64,000 nucleotides of DNA, taken from the sequence record PZ445430.1. One strand, 5' to 3'. Below are positions 30,483 to 39,050 of the stretch, piece by piece. A program made the position numbers and the translations under genes. The stretch comes from a phage. The stretch's first letter is position 1; every line of letters starts with the position of its first letter. A model generated the notes under the pieces. That model had not been told where the DNA came from. It was given only the letters and a program-made list of their open reading frames with translations, and searched no databases.

Positions 30483-30862
30483 TAATTTAAAAGACTAGTA
30501 AATCGGTAGACGAAAGCCCAAGCATCTTACCTCGCAGCAGCGGTTGAAATACGAGGTTAAATAAGACCGCTGACCATACTATAAAGTATAATCTATTGGA
30601 GATTATGTTTATTACACCAGCCTCTTAAGCTGAACTGTAAAAACGGTCGTTGGTAGTACCAACACAACTTCAAAGATCAACGCTCAAGTATGAAAGCTGA
30701 AAAGTTAAAAGAACTCAAACTTCTAACCTTCTAAAGCTAAAAGATGCAAAGTATTCGTTGATGATTCAAACCCTAGATCAAAGGTACATGGCTCATAAGA
30801 TATGGCCTGTGGCGCCTCTAGGCTGTTTATCGGTTCACTAGTCTCTCAATTTAAAAATGTAT

Positions 30863-30891
30863 TTGCTAATTAGTTTAGTTTTCTATATAAT
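30863..30891 (+). promoter_or_regulatory. sigma70-type promoter
   Basis: TTGCTA, 17 bp, TATAAT. Confidence 0.55.
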
Positions 30892-30921
30892 ATATTTTTA
30901 AATTGATGAGACGAGGCTATT

Positions 30922-31239
30922 ATGATTTTTCATATTCTGATTGATGATGTTCGTGACCTGCATGGGATGGATATTATCATTCGAACCCCCGAAGCCGCTA
31001 TTGAGTTTCTGAATACAACCGATACCACCGGACATTTCGTTTATATGGATAATGATCTGGCTGTAGATGGTATGGAAGGTTATCAAATTCTTCGTTTACT
31101 CCTAGAATTTGGACAGAGACCCAAGAAAGTGGTACTAGTAACCTCGAACCCTGTAGCTAAGCAGAACATGCGTAATGATTTGCTTGACGAAGGGTATCAA
31201 GAAAGCCCTAATCGTATTGAGTACGATTGGCCGGAGTAA
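30922..31239 (+). CDS. hypothetical protein
   Basis: 105 aa after promoter 30863-30891. Confidence 0.5.
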   Translation: MIFHILIDDVRDLHGMDIIIRTPEAAIEFLNTTDTTGHFVYMDNDLAVDGMEGYQILRLLLEFGQRPKKVVLVTSNPVAKQNMRNDLLDEGYQESPNRIEYDWPE

Positions 31240-31244
31240 ATAAA

Positions 31245-31694
31245 ATGAAGGCAGCTTTGCTTCTAATAGCTGCCCTAACCTATAGCTTCAATAGTCATGC
31301 TACCTACGACTCAAAGCAGATTGATTGCATTGCAAAAAATATCTACTTCGAAGCACGAGGTGAGGGCACAAAGGGAATGATTGCAGTTGCACAGGTTACT
31401 AAAAACCGTGTAAACTCCGGTAAATTCCCTGATTCTTACTGTAAAGTAGTATATCAGTCTAACCAATTCAGCTGGACAGCTAAAAAACCTAGGGTTGATA
31501 AAACAGATGAGACTTGGCAAGTTGCTAAGAACTTAGCTAGAGTGATATACTACGTTGATTTACCACAAGATCCAACACAGGGGGCGTTATACTTCCATAG
31601 TGGTAAAGATAAACCGTACTGGACAAAGAAGTTTAAGAAAACAACGAAGATTCAAGGCCATACGTTCTACAAGCCTGTGGTTAAGAAAACTTAA
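31245..31694 (+). CDS. secreted cell-wall hydrolase, SleB-like domain
   Basis: Signal peptide MKAALLLIAALTYSFNSHA; blocks NIYFEARGE, VAQVTKNR, CKVVYQSNQFSW; ATG at 31245 is 8 nt after GGAG. Confidence 0.55.
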   Translation: MKAALLLIAALTYSFNSHATYDSKQIDCIAKNIYFEARGEGTKGMIAVAQVTKNRVNSGKFPDSYCKVVYQSNQFSWTAKKPRVDKTDETWQVAKNLARVIYYVDLPQDPTQGALYFHSGKDKPYWTKKFKKTTKIQGHTFYKPVVKKT

Positions 31695-31702
31695 AAATTC
31701 GA

Positions 31703-31731
31703 TTGCTTAAAGACTTAAATTTCTGTATAAT
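31703..31731 (+). promoter_or_regulatory. sigma70-type promoter
   Basis: TTGCTT, 17 bp, TATAAT. Confidence 0.6.
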
Positions 31732-31762
31732 ACTTTCATAAATTAATGAGAGGAAGCGAAAT

Positions 31763-31933
31763 ATGAAATCAGTTGTAATTATTGGTGTTAATACCCGTGG
31801 TATCCGTACTACGAAAACAGTTAAAACTACTAACGTTGCTGAAATTACTACAAACCCTAAGAAGTTTGATTTCGCCAAAGTCTCGGCAGTTATGACAGAA
31901 CAATCTTTTAACCAAGTACTGGGAATTAAATAA
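31763..31933 (+). CDS. small hypothetical protein (56 aa)
   Basis: ATG after promoter 31703-31731 and GAGAGGAAG RBS; below the ORF-track cutoff. Confidence 0.35.
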   Translation: MKSVVIIGVNTRGIRTTKTVKTTNVAEITTNPKKFDFAKVSAVMTEQSFNQVLGIK

Positions 31934-32376
31934 TGGAAGAAAATATTCTAAATGTTTTGCGTAGGGCTTTGCAGGAATCTAAGATTGATGGCTCTGATAA
32001 AGAGGTAGCTAAAAGCTACCAGACCATAATCGAAGATCTTCAGCGTGTTGATAAAGACTTCATTACTTCTGAACAGTTTGTGTCTTATCTCAAAGCTCAG
32101 CTGAAAAGCATTAATCAGACGAAAGCTAAACTTCATGGTCAAGACCTTGATAATTATAGCTTGCAGTCTGCTCAGTATGAATATATACTGAACAAATGGC
32201 TACAACAGTATCTGCCGCCTCAGCTTTCTGATTCTGAGATTCGCAAATACTTTGCAGAATTAGTTACGTTGAACCCTGGGATTACGAAGAGTATGCTGAT
32301 GAAAGCGATTAAGGAAGAATTCCCTGGTCGTTATGACGGTGGCATCGCTGCTCAGGTTGCTGGCGAATTTAACTAA
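31933..32376 (+). CDS. GatB/YqeY-domain protein
   Basis: 147 aa; QYLPPQLSDSEI and C-terminal GRYDGGIAAQV match the YqeY family pattern. Confidence 0.5.
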   Translation: MEENILNVLRRALQESKIDGSDKEVAKSYQTIIEDLQRVDKDFITSEQFVSYLKAQLKSINQTKAKLHGQDLDNYSLQSAQYEYILNKWLQQYLPPQLSDSEIRKYFAELVTLNPGITKSMLMKAIKEEFPGRYDGGIAAQVAGEFN

Positions 32377-32384
32377 AAATTGAT

Positions 32385-32413
32385 TTGCTAAACGCTTCAA
32401 AATTCTGTATAAT
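32385..32413 (+). promoter_or_regulatory. sigma70-type promoter heading the ORF-free 850 nt region
   Basis: TTGCTA, 17 bp, TATAAT, then the usual CATAAATTAGAGAACAG leader but no start codon. Confidence 0.6.
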
Positions 32414-32419
32414 AGATTC

Positions 32420-33272
32420 ATAAATTAGAGAACAGCGAGCCGATTACGCTGAGTGAGTTTAGTGATTCCTACTAGGATAGCTACTCCACTGAATAGAGTC
32501 GGTGAGTTGGAGACTAGTAAGTACTCTGAGAGAGGCTACGAGCTAACGCTTATTGCTATTGATAGGGAACTGAAAATCTGCGGAAAACTCGGGAGCTGTC
32601 CCGAAATCTCGTAAACTCTTCTCTAGTTTATGTTAGTGGGGTGTCGAACTGACTTATGTGATAACACTGCCGTCCTAGTATAAACGGTAATATCAAACCG
32701 TAACTGGTGGAAGATGCAGGTTCGAATCCTGCGGTCGGAAAGAATCAGATAACTCGGGCTTATACCGGATAAGCATTCGCTGCTGTAGTACATACTATGA
32801 CGGTTCAGGAGGTACGCCTCCTGATCAGTATTAGGTTAGAATCGAAACAGCTAAACCACGAGGAAACCTGACGGCCTCAACCAAACTCGGAACTCGGGAT
32901 CACTGCCTAGTGTGTACCCCGTTTAACCTGAGACTAGGCATCCAGCTTCGCATCGAAAATCGGAGGTGCGATTCTAACAGACCGCGTGAATATGAGAGTG
33001 GGAAACGCTGACATGAGAGATGTCACTAATGGTGCCCAATAGTACAGGTAATTCGCGATAATTCCTGTTGAGCGGCAGCAGTAGGCTGGGAGTCATGACC
33101 TAAGCCTAACCGAGTTCTTCACATACGGAGAACATAACCACAAAGTCACCCTGACTTAAACTGGAAGATATTGTCTGACGGAAGGGCTGCAGAGCTTAAT
33201 CTGAGGGGGCTGACCCTACCTACCGTCGGGTATCTTTAAGAGCTTTTATAAGAGTTCTTAAAAATACCTAAA
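32420..33272 (+). ncRNA. candidate large structured non-coding RNA (about 850 nt, promoter-driven, ORF-free)
   Basis: Promoter 32385-32413; no ORF of 60 aa or more on either strand; GC-richer than flanks; many local hairpins (e.g. GGAGGTACGCCTCC, CGGGAGCTGTCCCG); ends at tRNA-Arg. Confidence 0.35.
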
Positions 33273-33347
33273 CGGGGTGTAGTCTAAGGGATAGGCAGGA
33301 GTCTTCTAAATTCCTTTATGCAGGTTCGAATCCTGTCACCTCGGCCA
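33273..33347 (+). tRNA. tRNA-Arg (anticodon TCT)
   Basis: Cloverleaf by hand: acceptor CGGGGTG/CACCTCG, anticodon loop CTTCTAA, T-arm GCAGG-TTCGAAT-CCTGT, encoded CCA. Confidence 0.75.
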
Positions 33348-33373
33348 ATTTTATTAACTGCTAGGAAAATAAA

Positions 33374-33574
33374 GTGAAAACACGATATATAGTAAAAGTA
33401 GTAGGTGAACATTCACAAGTAAATACCACCGATGTTACAGCGCTAGCATTTGAAGTAGTCTCCGGTATAGTCATATTTCATAACGGAGATATCAAAGCTC
33501 CTGAATTTGCTGTGGATGCTAGCCTGTTTATTTCTGCAACTAAAGTAACTGTAGTAGCTAACTCTTCTAAATAA
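33374..33574 (+). CDS. small hypothetical protein
   Basis: 66 aa, GTG start after AGGA. Confidence 0.35.
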   Translation: MKTRYIVKVVGEHSQVNTTDVTALAFEVVSGIVIFHNGDIKAPEFAVDASLFISATKVTVVANSSK

Positions 33575-33585
33575 TAAGGAAATAT

Positions 33586-34530
33586 ATGTTTACTAAAAAC
33601 ACTAAAGAACTGACTTCCGATCAAAAAGTAATTCGTACTATTAAACGTTGGGGCGTTGGTGCTGTAGTTGGTCTTGGCGCTCTTATTCTGGCTCTCAATT
33701 CCTATACAGTTGTTCAGGACGGTACGGTTAAAACTCAGACTTTCCTGGGTAAAGTTAGTCCTAATCCTGTATTGCCGGGGTTCCATATTGTCAACCCATT
33801 CGCCTCTTTTGATACTTTTAGTACGAAAGATATTTCTATGAAACTGGATAAACTTCAGGTTCCTAGCCAGGATAAGTTTAAGTCCACTGTTGACATTACC
33901 GTTATGTTGCAGTTTGATGGTGCTAAAGCTCCTATGAACCGTGTTAACGCAGGTACTCAGGATCAAGCTCTGAACAAGTACGTTGAAGAGAAGATGCTAT
34001 CTACTATTCGTGAGTTTGGTAAGTCTGTACCAAAAGCACAAGATCTGTTCGACGCTAAGATTCAGGCTCAACTGCAAACTGCTATTCAGCAAGAAGTAGA
34101 AGAGTACGCGCGTCCTTATGGTTACACGGTTAAGCAAGTATTCCTTCAGGATATTACTCTGCCACCTGTAATCATGGAACAGGTACAAAACACAAAAGTT
34201 CGTGAAGAACAAGTTAACGCCGCTAAAGCTGAATTGGCTCGTGTTGAACAAGAAGCACAGCAGAAAGTTAAGCAAGCTGAAGCTGATCGTTCTGCTCGTG
34301 AAAACATGGCAGTAGCTAACGAACGTGACGCAGATGCTAAACTGTACGCAGCTAAGAAAGAAGCTGAAGCTAACGCCGCGCTGCAACGTACCATTACTCC
34401 TGAAATGATTCGTTGGAAGCAGCTGGAAGTTGAAATGCTTCGTGCTGAAAAATACCAAGGTGGTGTACCGCAGACTATTGTTGGTACTGGCTACGATGGT
34501 CAAATGATCATGGATATGCGTAACAAGTAA
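33586..34530 (+). CDS. SPFH/band-7 (HflC/prohibitin-like) membrane protein
   Basis: 314 aa; N-terminal TM helix WGVGAVVGLGALILALN; long Ala/Glu/Gln-rich coiled coil typical of SPFH proteins. Confidence 0.6.
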   Translation: MFTKNTKELTSDQKVIRTIKRWGVGAVVGLGALILALNSYTVVQDGTVKTQTFLGKVSPNPVLPGFHIVNPFASFDTFSTKDISMKLDKLQVPSQDKFKSTVDITVMLQFDGAKAPMNRVNAGTQDQALNKYVEEKMLSTIREFGKSVPKAQDLFDAKIQAQLQTAIQQEVEEYARPYGYTVKQVFLQDITLPPVIMEQVQNTKVREEQVNAAKAELARVEQEAQQKVKQAEADRSARENMAVANERDADAKLYAAKKEAEANAALQRTITPEMIRWKQLEVEMLRAEKYQGGVPQTIVGTGYDGQMIMDMRNK

Positions 34531-34553
34531 TAGTTACACGTAATCTTCGAACC

Positions 34554-34592
34554 AAGCCCGCGTTTCCTCCGAGAGCGCGGGCTTTTCTGTAT
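34554..34592 (+). terminator. intrinsic terminator after the SPFH gene
   Basis: AAGCCCGCG...CGCGGGCTT hairpin then TTCTGTATTT. Confidence 0.65.
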
Positions 34593-34742
34593 TTAAGGCA
34601 AAAGAAAAGCCCATAAGTTATTCAACTAAGGTCTTTAGTATTTAATTCTTTAATTCTTTAGAATCATATACTATTATTGTAGCAACAACGTGCTACCACT
34701 AAATGCCTTGAGATTTTTCCACTAAAAAGTTTAAAAATTCGA

Positions 34743-34771
34743 TTGCTTGAACGCTAAATTCTCTGTATAAT
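34743..34771 (+). promoter_or_regulatory. sigma70-type promoter for nadR-pnuC
   Basis: TTGCTT, 17 bp, TATAAT. Confidence 0.6.
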
Positions 34772-34801
34772 ATATTTATAAATTTGAGAGAGGAATCAAA
34801 T

Positions 34802-35857
34802 ATGATTAAGACTGGTCTAGTAATTGGTAAGTTCGCGCCATTAACGCGTGGTCATATTAACCTAATAAACACAGCAGCAACTATGTGTGAACGAGTTATT
34901 GTTGTAGTTAGTCATGATAATCGTTGGCTGGATAAGCAGAACACACGTGATCAGGAAGTATTACAGTTAAAGAATCGACTTCGTTGGTTAGAACAAACTT
35001 ACGCGGATATTGAGCACATTTCGGTAGAGTACATTATTGAAGATGATATTCCTGAATATCCGAATGGTTGGCCGGAATATGCTAGAATCCTTAATGAAAA
35101 TTACGGACATTTGCCTGAGATCACCGTTTTCTCTAGCGAACTAGACTATGATGCAGAATATAAGAAATATCTGCCGAAGTTTGGTCATTATATTGTAGAT
35201 TCTGATCGGACTCGTGTTCCAATCTCAGCTACAATGATTCGTAATGATCTTATGAAGTATTGGGAGTTTCTTCCTAGCGTAGTTCGTAAAGATTACGTGC
35301 GTAAGGTTGTAATCATTGGGACTGAAAGCTCGGGAAAGACTACTTTAACAAAATACCTTGCGAAGCTATACAACACTTCGTGGGTAGAAGAATATGGCCG
35401 AACGTATTGTGAAGTTGATCTAGTTGGTAACGAAAATCTACTTACCAGTGAAGATTACAGTAAAATTGCGTTCAGACACAAAGAGCTAGAGTTTGAGGCA
35501 GAACGTACTGCAAATAAGATCATGTTTGTAGACACAAATGCTTTTATTACTGAGTTCTACCACAGACTTTATGAACATCGTAAGAATCCTGTGGTTACAG
35601 CAATTGCAAAAGAAGAACATTACGATTTAGTAATTGTTCTAGCGCCTACTGTTAAGTGGGTAGATGATGGTTTACGTATTAACTCCGATCGTTCAATTAC
35701 TTCTGAACTGTTCGAGCAGATGAAGAAAGAATTTCCAAATCAGTTCCCTGAAGGGCGTACTGTTTACATCGACTCCCCGGACTACAAAGTTCGTATGGAC
35801 GAAGCAGTAAACGCAGTAGACTGGCTGATTCATCACTTTAACGTTGGAGAGTTTTAA
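34802..35857 (+). CDS. nadR: NadR-like bifunctional NMN adenylyltransferase / ribosylnicotinamide kinase
   Basis: Nucleotidyltransferase motif GKFAPLTRGH at the N-terminus; second-domain P-loop GTESSGKTTL; start at 34802 after promoter 34743-34771. Confidence 0.65.
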   Translation: MIKTGLVIGKFAPLTRGHINLINTAATMCERVIVVVSHDNRWLDKQNTRDQEVLQLKNRLRWLEQTYADIEHISVEYIIEDDIPEYPNGWPEYARILNENYGHLPEITVFSSELDYDAEYKKYLPKFGHYIVDSDRTRVPISATMIRNDLMKYWEFLPSVVRKDYVRKVVIIGTESSGKTTLTKYLAKLYNTSWVEEYGRTYCEVDLVGNENLLTSEDYSKIAFRHKELEFEAERTANKIMFVDTNAFITEFYHRLYEHRKNPVVTAIAKEEHYDLVIVLAPTVKWVDDGLRINSDRSITSELFEQMKKEFPNQFPEGRTVYIDSPDYKVRMDEAVNAVDWLIHHFNVGEF

Positions 35858-35858
35858 T

Positions 35859-36536
35859 ATGACTAACTATCTTGTAAATGACTTTAAAAACTGGAAACCT
35901 TTGGAATATCTGTGGCTGTTTATAGCAGTCGCCTTTATTAGTTTAGCAAACTATAATGGTACAGCTCTAGATTGGGCTACTGCAATAACCAATGTGGTTT
36001 GTGTTATTCTGGTTGCAAAAGGACGTGTTTCCAACTATATTTGGGGCTTAGTGGGTGTTCTTACATATGGTATTACAGCTTTAAACGCAGATCTTTATGG
36101 TAACGCTGCACTAAACCTGCTATACTACGTTCCTATGCAGTTTTATGGAATGTACTTATGGCATAAAAATAAGCCAAGTAATCTGCCAGATGTTCCAACT
36201 AAGTTTCTGACTAAAGCCCAAGCTCTGCTGACTCTAGGGATTCTAGCAGTAGCCACGTTAGGGTATGGTAGTTTCTTAGCTACTACAGCTGATCCATTCC
36301 CAATGCTCGATGCATTTACTGCGGTTGGTAGTGTGATCGCTATGTGGCTTATGGTTAAGCAGTATGCCGAGCAGTGGCTGATCTGGATTGCTATTAACAT
36401 TGGTACTGTGTACATTTGGCTTGTAACTGCTCAATCTACAGGTGCATCTTATGCAATCCTAGCAATGTGGCTAGTATTCTTAGGTAACTCTATTATGGGA
36501 GCCTATAAAGGATACTTTGTACGCGTTAACAAATAA
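35859..36536 (+). CDS. pnuC: PnuC-like nicotinamide riboside transporter
   Basis: About 225 aa polytopic membrane protein, Trp/Tyr-rich helices, directly coupled to the nadR stop. Confidence 0.6.
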   Translation: MTNYLVNDFKNWKPLEYLWLFIAVAFISLANYNGTALDWATAITNVVCVILVAKGRVSNYIWGLVGVLTYGITALNADLYGNAALNLLYYVPMQFYGMYLWHKNKPSNLPDVPTKFLTKAQALLTLGILAVATLGYGSFLATTADPFPMLDAFTAVGSVIAMWLMVKQYAEQWLIWIAINIGTVYIWLVTAQSTGASYAILAMWLVFLGNSIMGAYKGYFVRVNK

Positions 36537-36543
36537 AGTAGTT

Positions 36544-36570
36544 ATAGCCCTCGCTTAGAGGGCTATTATA
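36544..36570 (+). terminator. hairpin after pnuC
   Basis: ATAGCCCTC-GCTTA-GAGGGCTAT. Confidence 0.45.
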
Positions 36571-36583
36571 CAGAAATTTTCAC

Positions 36584-36612
36584 TTGCTTAATATAGAAAA
36601 TTTCTGTATAAT
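36584..36612 (+). promoter_or_regulatory. sigma70-type promoter
   Basis: TTGCTT, 17 bp, TATAAT. Confidence 0.6.
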
Positions 36613-36642
36613 ATATTTATAAATTCGAGAGAGGAATCAAAC

Positions 36643-36939
36643 ATGAAACGCATTGTACTTGCATTGACTCTAGTATCTACTTCTGTATTTGCTGCTCCGC
36701 AACAGGAACTTTGTCAAGTTCAGGTTTGTAATAAGCTAGAACGATTTACTCTAAACATTTGGTCCCATATTAAAGATAATATGGGTGAACAGTGTTTTGA
36801 TATTGTTCTGCCAAAAGAACAGGCTATTCCTGGTGCTGTTCTTAGCTCAGAATCACGTTGGTGGCAGGGTTCTTCTATCAATCCAACTAAGAAGTCAGTG
36901 ACACGTATCAAACAAGTATATCAGTGCAAGGTTCAGTAA
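36643..36939 (+). CDS. small secreted hypothetical protein
   Basis: Signal peptide MKRIVLALTLVSTSVFAAP; four Cys. Confidence 0.5.
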   Translation: MKRIVLALTLVSTSVFAAPQQELCQVQVCNKLERFTLNIWSHIKDNMGEQCFDIVLPKEQAIPGAVLSSESRWWQGSSINPTKKSVTRIKQVYQCKVQ

Positions 36940-36947
36940 AATTTCAC

Positions 36948-36976
36948 TTGCTTAATGTCGAAATTTTCTGTATAAT
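36948..36976 (+). promoter_or_regulatory. sigma70-type promoter driving a tRNA transcript
   Basis: TTGCTT, 17 bp, TATAAT; tRNA-Ser begins about 15 nt after the -10. Confidence 0.6.
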
Positions 36977-36990
36977 ATATTCATAAATTC

Positions 36991-37084
36991 GGAAGATTAA
37001 CCCTAATGGTAAGGGAGCTGTTTGCTAAACAGCCAGTAGCTGTGGAGACACGGTGTGCCAGTTCGAATCTGGCATCTTCCTCCA
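36991..37084 (+). tRNA. tRNA-Ser (anticodon GCT), class II
   Basis: Acceptor GGAAGAT/ATCTTCC, anticodon stem GCTGT/ACAGC with loop TTGCTAA, long variable arm, T-loop TTCGAAT, CCA; starts about 8 nt after promoter 36948-36976. Confidence 0.7.
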
Positions 37085-37089
37085 GATTT

Positions 37090-37167
37090 GGTTCTCAAGC
37101 TCATTTGGTATGAGCCGTCGCCTCATAAGCGAAAGGTAGGTAGGTTCGAATCCTCCGGGAGCCACCA
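37090..37167 (+). tRNA. tRNA with CAT anticodon (Met/fMet or Ile2)
   Basis: Acceptor GGTTCTC/GGGAGCC, anticodon loop CTCATAA, T-loop TTCGAAT, CCA. Confidence 0.6.
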
Positions 37168-37184
37168 ATTAATTAGGAGACTAT

Positions 37185-37370
37185 ATGTCACGCTTTCGAG
37201 AAATTGCTCAAGAGCTAGAAGAATGTATGTGTACTGAATGTTGGGGTTCTGGCACTCAAAATGATGCTGAACCTGGGGACATTTTCTATAACGAATGGGA
37301 ATGTCCTACCTGTAAAGGTTCTGGCATTAACCCTAATTATGCAATTTCTTTTGATATTGAGCGAGGCTAA
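37185..37370 (+). CDS. small zinc-ribbon-like protein
   Basis: 61 aa; CxxC pairs CTECWGSG and CPTCKGSG. Confidence 0.5.
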   Translation: MSRFREIAQELEECMCTECWGSGTQNDAEPGDIFYNEWECPTCKGSGINPNYAISFDIERG

Positions 37371-37371
37371 A

Positions 37372-37710
37372 ATGGATATTTTTACAACTCCGGCAGTCAA
37401 CCTTTTAGGTGTAGGTCTGTTCCAAGCTACCATCTATCGTATTGATGATACCACAGATGTAGTAACGTTCATTGTACCAGAGTTCTTCCTAGAAAAGTTC
37501 TTTGAAGAGTTTGAGCAGTTTCGTGAAGAACACAATGCTCATTCCGATATGGAAGATCTAGCAGCTATGTTCCCTGCGGTTTACGGCTATATCTTTGAAG
37601 GTAATGGCCTAGATCTTAATAAATCTGAACTCGTTGAACTTAACTGGGGCATCAATTTTGAAGTTGGCTCTCCATTCCCTCGATATTTCCAGGGTTTAGA
37701 GATTCGCTAA
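37372..37710 (+). CDS. hypothetical protein
   Basis: 112 aa from the ATG overlapping the upstream stop. Confidence 0.45.
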   Translation: MDIFTTPAVNLLGVGLFQATIYRIDDTTDVVTFIVPEFFLEKFFEEFEQFREEHNAHSDMEDLAAMFPAVYGYIFEGNGLDLNKSELVELNWGINFEVGSPFPRYFQGLEIR

Positions 37711-37718
37711 GATTACAT

Positions 37719-37795
37719 GGGGGTGTAATCGAATTGGCATAGGTACTGGACTTAAAATTCAGGTTTTGTGGGTTCGAATCCCACCACCCCTACCA
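37719..37795 (+). tRNA. tRNA, anticodon loop CTTAAAA (TAA, Leu-type codon UUA) with class I architecture
   Basis: Acceptor GGGGGTG/CACCCCT, T-arm GTGGG-TTCGAAT-CCCAC, discriminator A, CCA; short variable loop is unusual for Leu. Confidence 0.5.
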
Positions 37796-37810
37796 AATTA
37801 AGGAAATAAA

Positions 37811-37954
37811 ATGAAAGCTATTAAGAAAGCACTGCGTAAATTTATGTACTGTCGTTTTCATAGCATCAAGGCTTCAACTAATGGTACGACTTACGATCGC
37901 TATGATCCTAAGTTTGGCTTACACTCTAAACAACTGGAGAAAACAAATGGCTAA
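37811..37954 (+). CDS. small hypothetical protein (47 aa)
   Basis: ATG after TAAGGA RBS; overlaps the next ORF. Confidence 0.25.
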   Translation: MKAIKKALRKFMYCRFHSIKASTNGTTYDRYDPKFGLHSKQLEKTNG

Positions 37955-38153
37955 TCCTGAAATTACGGCACAACGCTTTATGCTGAAAGGAATTATTGCT
38001 GAAGCAGGCATGACAGAAGAAGTTGCAGATTTTCAAAAGCAATTCCTCAATATTCTCACTCAAGCCAAAGAGCTAGGAGAGAAAGAACATGGCGCGGCTA
38101 TTATGGCAATCACATTGGTTGGGCTTGATCTGGCTGAAGAATCAGGAGTTTAA
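37948..38153 (+). CDS. small hypothetical protein
   Basis: 68 aa from the ATG after GGAGAAAA. Confidence 0.4.
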
Positions 38154-38183
38154 CTCCTCCAAGCAGAAATTTTAAAAATGTAC

Positions 38184-38213
38184 TTGCTTTTTACTTAAGA
38201 TTTCTGCTATAAT
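38184..38213 (+). promoter_or_regulatory. sigma70-type promoter
   Basis: TTGCTT, 18 bp, TATAAT. Confidence 0.5.
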
Positions 38214-38242
38214 AGTTATATAAGTTGATGAGAGGAATCAGA

Positions 38243-38515
38243 ATGTTAAAACGTTTTGCAGCAACTGGTATTGAAAGCTCAGTATGTAAATCCTGGGGTG
38301 GTTGGGAAGGTGAGATCGAGTGGCTTTATTTCTACAATGTAGAACTTCTTCCAGAGATCAAAGCTCAATGTATTGAGGCTGGTATGGCTCCTGATGCTAC
38401 GGCTGATGTTGAAATCAGCATGAATAAGCTAGAGGGTCGAGTAGTCACTGTTACTGATGAAGGTGAAGAGGTATTCGAACTTCCATTCACTTTGAAAGTC
38501 ACTCCTGGCTTCTAG
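38243..38515 (+). CDS. hypothetical protein
   Basis: 90 aa after promoter 38184-38213 and GAGAGGAATCAG RBS. Confidence 0.5.
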   Translation: MLKRFAATGIESSVCKSWGGWEGEIEWLYFYNVELLPEIKAQCIEAGMAPDATADVEISMNKLEGRVVTVTDEGEEVFELPFTLKVTPGF

Positions 38516-38553
38516 TAACTGATACAGCACTGAGCAAGTTCTTTAAAATCTTA

Positions 38554-38583
38554 CTTGCTCAGTCCTTCAAAACTTGATATAAT
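38554..38583 (+). promoter_or_regulatory. sigma70-type promoter ahead of the Tyr-Glu-Trp-Phe tRNA block
   Basis: TTGCTC, 18 bp, TATAAT; the -35 sits in inverted repeat CTGAGCAAG / CTTGCTCAG. Confidence 0.45.
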
Positions 38584-38708
38584 AGTTATCTAATTTGGAA
38601 AACATATCTGAATGAGAAGTAACTAAGCGAGTTGCTTTTAGGGGTAAAGTCAGGATAGCCTGAAATATTCCACCTTGAGTTTAACCGACTTACTTTTCAT
38701 TCAAATAT

Positions 38709-38789
38709 GGGGGATTGGCTCAGTGGCGACGGCGCCTGGCTGTAGACCGGGTATATCACGCGGAGGTTCGAGTCCTCCATCTCCCACCA
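38709..38789 (+). tRNA. tRNA-Tyr (anticodon GTA)
   Basis: Acceptor GGGGGAT/ATCTCCC, anticodon stem CCTGG/CCGGG loop CTGTAGA, 10-nt variable region, T-loop TTCGAGT, CCA. Confidence 0.65.
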
Positions 38790-38797
38790 AAATTAAT

Positions 38798-38872
38798 GCA
38801 CCTATCGTCTAATGGTTAGGACATCAGGATTTCAATCTGAGAATCGGAGTTCAATTCTCCGTGGGTGTGCCA
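38798..38872 (+). tRNA. tRNA-Glu (anticodon TTC)
   Basis: Acceptor GCACCTA/TGGGTGT, D-arm GTCT-AATGGTTA-GGAC, anticodon loop ATTTCAA, T-loop TTCAATT, CCA. Confidence 0.7.
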
Positions 38873-38881
38873 ATTAATAAT

Positions 38882-38952
38882 TGGGGTACGCATAGGTTGC
38901 TAGTGGGCCTCCAAAACCCATGAAAAGGTTTCGAATACCTTTACCCCTGCCA
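38882..38952 (+). tRNA. tRNA-Trp (anticodon CCA)
   Basis: Anticodon loop CTCCAAA; T-arm AAGGT-TTCGAAT-ACCTT; 1:72 is an unpaired T:T; CCA. Confidence 0.6.
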
Positions 38953-38958
38953 ATATTT

Positions 38959-39033
38959 GCACCTTTAGCTGAGATGGATTAGCGCTTGCCTGAAGAGCTT
39001 GAGAGGTTCGTTCAATTCGAACAGGGTGCACCA
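38959..39033 (+). tRNA. tRNA-Phe (anticodon GAA), anticodon stem imperfect
   Basis: Acceptor GCACCTT/AGGGTGC, D-arm GCTG...TAGC, loop CTGAAGA at positions 32-38, T-arm GTTCG-TTCAATT-CGAAC, CCA; two T:T mismatches in the anticodon stem. Confidence 0.5.
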
Positions 39034-39050
39034 ATTTGAAGGAGATGCTG

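Noticed and set aside
32640-32740. Possible extra tRNA gene around the T-arm at 32716-32732
   Set aside because: No 5' strand complementary to the sequence after the T-arm and no CCA; treated as a tRNA-like element within the candidate large RNA
33190-33240. GGGGCTGA motif resembling the 5' end of tmRNA
   Set aside because: No tRNA-like 3' domain or tag-peptide frame follows; lies within the larger ORF-free region
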